A stretch of 64,000 nt of DNA from Phoronis australis (lineage: Eukaryota > Animalia > Phoronida): positions 124,001-188,000 of the forward strand of contig NMRA01000086.1 of NCBI GenBank assembly GCA_002633005.1. Reading direction: 5' to 3'. Below the pieces are notes generated by a model. That model saw nothing but the letters and a program-made list of their open reading frames with translations. It did not search any database and had not been told where the DNA came from. A program made the translations under genes and the position numbers. Positions 54,201 through 60,200 of this stretch are shown in pieces; within the stretch, counting starts at the first letter, position 1; each line of letters begins with the position of its first letter.

Positions 54201-57200
54201 TTCGTATAGTTTCAACCCAACAGGGTATAAGCCTTATAGAAGAGATCTGTTCAGAAAAGCCACCCTTCGGTCATGAAACTGACCTTGAAAAGATAACCTG
54301 TCAGAGCTGCACCTCCCACGTGTGGGATTGGGGCCTTACAAGAATTAGACAGCAGTTAGTTCAACATCTTCAGTTTGTGCAGCAGTTTTTGTTTCTTCGT
54401 TTTGAGACTCTGTGCCTAAGTCCTCAGCTGCAGGTTCCACCACTTTATGTTCTAATTCAGAGGTCACCTGTCCATTCAGCAAATAAAGTCGCCTGATTTC
54501 CTTGTGAACTTTGAAATTGTGGCTATCAGTGGTAATGGGATCCTGGTCAAATTTAAACACTGCCTGTAGGAAGTTAGGTATTGTTGCTGCCAGGAGGGTG
54601 GTAAGAGCCTCCCCTAGACTTGTGATAGAATCCTCACTGAATACACCTACTGTTGTTGCTACCAAGTGTAAGAAACCAGCTGTAAACAGTAGTTTTCCAA
54701 TGGCAGGCAGCTCATGTTTACCCAGGGGAAAAAGGTTGAACAACACCTTGTAATAGAGATCTCGTGGTATAAGTGGGATGCCGTCCCTTCTGTATACAAC
54801 CAATGGATATGCTGGAAATTGCAGAAGCTTTTCATCAGGGCTGAACTTAGACTTCAATCTGTCATCTTCTTGTATACATGCATCGAAGATTATTTTCTTG
54901 TAGGAGAGGTATTGCTTTTCAACGTTGCTTAAAGTCGTCTGTAGGAAATGCCAGCCTGCCAGAATAATTGATACAATTGGTATGATTTGTATGTAGTTTC
55001 GTACGACTCCTCTAACTGTATAGATGATTATGAGCCCAGCAATACGAGATGACTCCATAAAAATAAAAATGGCAAACAGGAGTCCCCATAAGCTCATTGT
55101 TACCGCAAAAATGATGGCTATCAATTGTGCGAGCTGCTGGCGGCCATATTTCTTTACCAACCGTCTTGTTTCACTTTCTTCTGGTTGTCTCAGAGCTCGC
55201 GCGATTATATCAAATGGCAGACAGTTTACCAGTGGCAAAAAGCTAAGTAAACTCATAATATATCCAAAGAACAACAATATCCTCACCAAAGATTCCTTGA
55301 CACCACATCGTTCATGACATCTAAATAATGCAACTAATTCCTTGAACCAAAAACACCAGAATTGAGGATCAATCATCAACGATAATCTATGCACCATTTT
55401 TCTCTGCAGCTTTTGAGTATCTGGATCGTACCGTGTTTTTTGTCGTAACCTGGTAGGAAGTTTGATGAAGCCCATGTAACCATCATCCACAGACAGGCGA
55501 TCCATTAGTATAAACAGGGGTACACCAGTGCTGAAAATGGTAGCTGTGATACCGTAGGCAACCATGGATAAGGTCCAGAATATAAGGTATGGGTTCGAAA
55601 AGACAGTTCCAGCGTAAAGATGGTCAAAGAAGAATAGTTCCAACAAGTGGCCGGTGATGTTCATTTTTGTTTCAACATCCGTCAAAAACATGACGTGTTT
55701 GCTGTACTTGATGTGGACTACCAACAGATAGACGTGAATTAGTATTGGGTAAAACAATACGAAAAACAATAGTCGTCGTATCACCCCAAGTACAATGTTA
55801 TCGATATTCAATAACAGTAGGAACTTTAACGGATGTGTTAGCCGGACTGGAGTGTCTTTATTGTACATGATATATTTGATACCACAGCAGACGTCTGCTT
55901 TGCCTGTTGATACTGCTGGTTGGGAACACAGCAGCTCTATCGGTGATAATTGCTCACTAGAACTAGGATCTTTGTTTGCTGCTCTTTTCAAACCACTGCG
56001 CGTCTTGTCAACTGCACGTTGTCCGTCATCCGCCCTCTTTTTGACATAGTTTGGAAAGTCTACCTCTTCATCCCATTCATTGTCATTCTCTTGAATGTTA
56101 AGTGTCCGAAGCATTTTTTTGGCAAAGCTTTGCTTTCGTCTTAGTATGCCATTTCTTCTTAGTGTGTAAGTTTCTTTTGGTTTGGTGATGAACACAGTAA
56201 GTAACAAGGGACTGAGTGAAAACACAAGTACGTATACTGTGAAGACAAACCAGTCGTTTGGATGTAACTCAACAAAGTGTCCACAGTTTGGAAACAGTTC
56301 ATTACTGCAACAGGTTGGCTGGGCGTAGTAGTTATCCATTGAGTTGGCTAACTTATGATAACACAGGGACGAATTGGCTGGTATGTACATCCCTAAGCTG
56401 TGCTGTAGAATTGATCTCATTTGGTGTGGCGACTCTATTTTTTCAACTCCACACTGCTTTGGATCACATATTGTGGTAAAATTTAAGGTCACATGTTCCA
56501 CATCGCTAGAAAGCGTGCCTAGGGAGAAGAATTCGAACCGAAAATCCACTTTAAGCAATTTCACGCCTGCAGCGTTCCTAATCCAAATCCACCTGTCCAT
56601 TTGAAGGATTTCTCGGTAACTGGTTTCTGGGAAGATTGCGTCAGAAGGGAATAACAGTTTCATGTAGATTATGTTGTTTTTCTCGTACTGAACGAGTTTC
56701 TGCAAATCAAAGGTGGATTTGTCTGTAAGTGTGTAGTTACTGACATCCGAGTTTGTCATATTTATTTCTTCATCAAAGTGTCCATCTTCCACGTATATCA
56801 TATCTGTAAACAAGTCTGTTCTCACTTGGCTACTGACCTGTCTCTGGAACCCAGCCATCAGCAGAAAAGAAAATATTGCGGCGGCATGCATTGTACGTAT
56901 TTTGTTGTCTCTAGTTAAGCAGAATATGGAGCAGGTTCTTATTTATTGTTTATCTGTTTTTACTTCGAAAAGGGAACTTCTGCTTCACCTGAAATATAGA
57001 ATAAACACCTATTAAGCAAATGCTTGCTGCCAGTTTTCATTTTATTGGGGGTCTTACACATGTAAGGGATTTGAATTATTACTCAGCAACCTTTTTGCCA
57101 AGTAGTGACTTTGTTGAATTGTTGTTATGTCAGTGCTCATAGCTTTTGCTTTTGTGGCGTGATGATAGGCTATTTCAGAAGTCAGGTTTTCAAGGACTAA

Positions 57201-60200
57201 TGGCAAATTTTGTAAACGTTACAAACAGCCCTGAAAATTTTGACACCATCAAGGGTTGCAAACATGTTATTCAAAGTTAGTCATTCCACTTAAGACGTAT
57301 TTGTTCCTATTTAGCCGACAAAGAAAGGAAACTAGGCCTTTTGCTGTCATAATATCCATCCAATGATATTCCTTGCCATGACAGGATTCCATTTCCGTTA
57401 CCAACCCAAGTCATGGGTAATGCGTGTATGCGCCATTTTCAAATTTGCAATTTCCTTGAGTTGCTGATGCTTTCTATCTACTTGTTGGTAATGGAAATAG
57501 TTTTATGTCACTACAAGGAATATTTTCCAGATTGATTTTAAGATATTTTCATTTTTATCCAACTATAATGGCGAAATACAGTTTTAATTGATTTTTTGAA
57601 AACCCAGAATTTAGCTTACAAGTAGTGAGCACAAATGACATTGTCATTTTAAAGGTGAAAGCCAATATTTTTGCTGTTTTTATTAAAAGTATCGTATGCT
57701 TGTTATCATAGACATTCCAGTGGTAATTACTGCTTCCGAGACCCTAAATAATTAGCATATGACAATAGTTTAACCAGTCATTTATATTTTAATGAAAATA
57801 TTGCCTAAAATGTTGATTTGCCCTTTTAAGAACAAAATTGCTACCTTTTTGTCTGTTTGTTTGCGAAATTAAACGGTTGTGTAGCTGCAATATTATTATC
57901 CACAATCCAGGCAGTTGTTTCTTTCATCCATCAGTTAAAAGGACTATTCTCTCTGTAGAGAATGAAAATCGGTTTAATGCAAAATGAGTTTTGCTCGAGA
58001 TCTCGTCTATAAAGCCACGTTCGGGCATTATTGGTAAAGCTGATCTCGACCTCTTCCGGACTGAGATGATATTACCGTAAACGTTCGGGTTAACGCCCTG
58101 GGCGGTTAAATTGGCAAACCCAAAAAATCGGGGGTGGGCGGTTAACCAGACATGGGCGCTTAAACGTGAAACTTCAAAAAATCCAGGGTGGGCGGTTAAC
58201 CGAACATGGGCGCTTATTACGACAGGCAAGCGCCCTGGGCGGTTAATCTTACCTCGTGATCTAAGTACCCACACCACACACGTAGTCGTAGGCCTACTCG
58301 GAACGCGTAGCTCTTTTCAAAGAGCGTTATCGTCACGTCGCCACATGACGGGAAAAATGTCATAACAGCGGATGATCCTAACAAAGGTTATCATGCCCTC
58401 AGATTAGTTATTCACTATTAAATTTACAGAATTGCTGAGTAATAGCCCCGTGCCGTCCTGCGGTCTTGTTATTTAGCCCTGTAGTGTAGAGCGCAGACGA
58501 CCAGTGACCACGCAGCCTCTACTTGGATTGCAACTATTTCATCTTGCTAAAGTGCGCGCGTGCAAGCTTCACGTGTTGCAGAGGTCACAGCAGACATCAG
58601 ATTTATGGTTACAGTCTCGTACTAGCTGCCAAGTTCATAGTCAGAGAGCAGTTTTAAAATTGGTTGTAATAAAAGTTTGAAAACCTTAATTCAGATGTTT
58701 TTTGTGTTTGGGATGTTTATAGTCAACACTCCGTGACTCAATGACATTTTCAGCGTATGGTTCTGTGGCTTGCTGTTTTATCTCGACTGCCCGGCATTGC
58801 TCACTTGCCGTTGCGCCAAACATGCTCGGCAAAGAAGTAGGCCCAAGACAAGAATCGGGGTTAAGCGGCCGTGTGCCACTCGTCAATCAAGAATAAAATT
58901 TCGAGCCACGGCATAAATATGTGATAAAACGCTACAAAACAGCGATGTTTCAATTCATAAACGATCACCTTACCAAACTTCGTGGTGGAAAAACATTTAT
59001 TTTTCATGCAAGATGTCCAGATTATCCTATTTATATCACTTGCAATATCGCACTGCGGCACTGTTCGGTCCCGTTGTTAGCGCGCAATGACTCAGTCGGC
59101 TGACAATCGTGACTTGGAAATGCCGTCAAGTAATATAACGGCCTCTTTCAATATGCATCTCGTTTTTTATGGCCAAAGATAGCGGCGGGATTCAGCACGC
59201 GCGTAGGGCCTACGTGCGAGTCACCTGTCAATCACATGTTGGTGTCAAGGTAACATGCACTCCAAAGTGTGGGAACTTGCGCGCGTGCACCAATACAAAG
59301 TCACACATCAAAGGAGAATAGCGACAGTCCTAAATAACAGAAACGGGCATGACTATATACTTTTAACCATTGTCTCATTTCTCTGGCCTGATTTTTTCGA
59401 ATATATGTTTTATCAAGTGCACTGCAGACGAAAACTCAGCGCGGCAGACAAAGTCGCTGAAAGCGGAGGTTTTGACGCCGGCGGCGTTCTTAAACTTTGC
59501 AAACATGGGAAGAATATAAAGTGACAAAAACGTTCAAGTATGATATTTTTATGCGAGTCCGGCATGACCCAAGACAATAACTCGTTACTTGTATAATTGC
59601 AAGTCACATTGCTAAGCCACCGTCTCGGAAGCCCGGCGTCGTTGCACTCATTGTGTTCATCGATCTTTTTCTAAAAGTCGGGGAATCGCGCGTTTCCTTA
59701 GCACTGGGTGCTAAATCTTCATTCTTTAAAAGTCGGGGATGGGCGCTTAACCGAGAGGTGGGCGCTTAACTGGAAATCTTCAAAAATCGCAGGGGGGCGC
59801 TTAACCGAGCAGTGGGCGGTTAAATCGAAAATCCACCTAAAGTAGGGGGTGGGCGGTTAACTGAGCATGGGCGTTAACCCGAACGTTTACGGTAAGTGGT
59901 TTCTGGGTTTGTGGAAAGTCTGTCATTTTGTTATTGCTTGAGGCCATGCCCGTGGATAAAGTGACACACTGTGACAAGTCAACTTGTAGATGCTGGCCTA
60001 TCAATAAAACTCAGAAATCACGTCTTGCTTGAATAAGGACAAAATTGAGAGCAATTTCGAAAATGCAAATGATTTAGATCAAAAACCTTTGTTTCTGATG
60101 AAAGGTGAGTTTATAAAAGTTTTAATTTTTAAACTAAGCGAGATTATTCAACTCAAACCTAATTGTCTTAAAGTTTTGTTGGCACTAAACTAATTGTCAA

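Noticed and set aside
24836-54753. Similar plus-strand ORFs at 24836-25078, 42651-42875 and 54511-54753 (and others overlapping the three genes)
   Set aside because: Antisense shadows of the conserved minus-strand codons; no independent evidence and inconsistent starts
37830-58365. Near-identical ORFs at 37830-38210 and 57924-58277 ([23 protein letters not shown])
   Set aside because: Translations of transposon subterminal repeats, not a protein family
59255-59524. [17 protein letters not shown] peptide shared among transposon copies as a possible transposase
   Set aside because: No HTH or DDE signature recognised, and the copy 1 frame contains a stop
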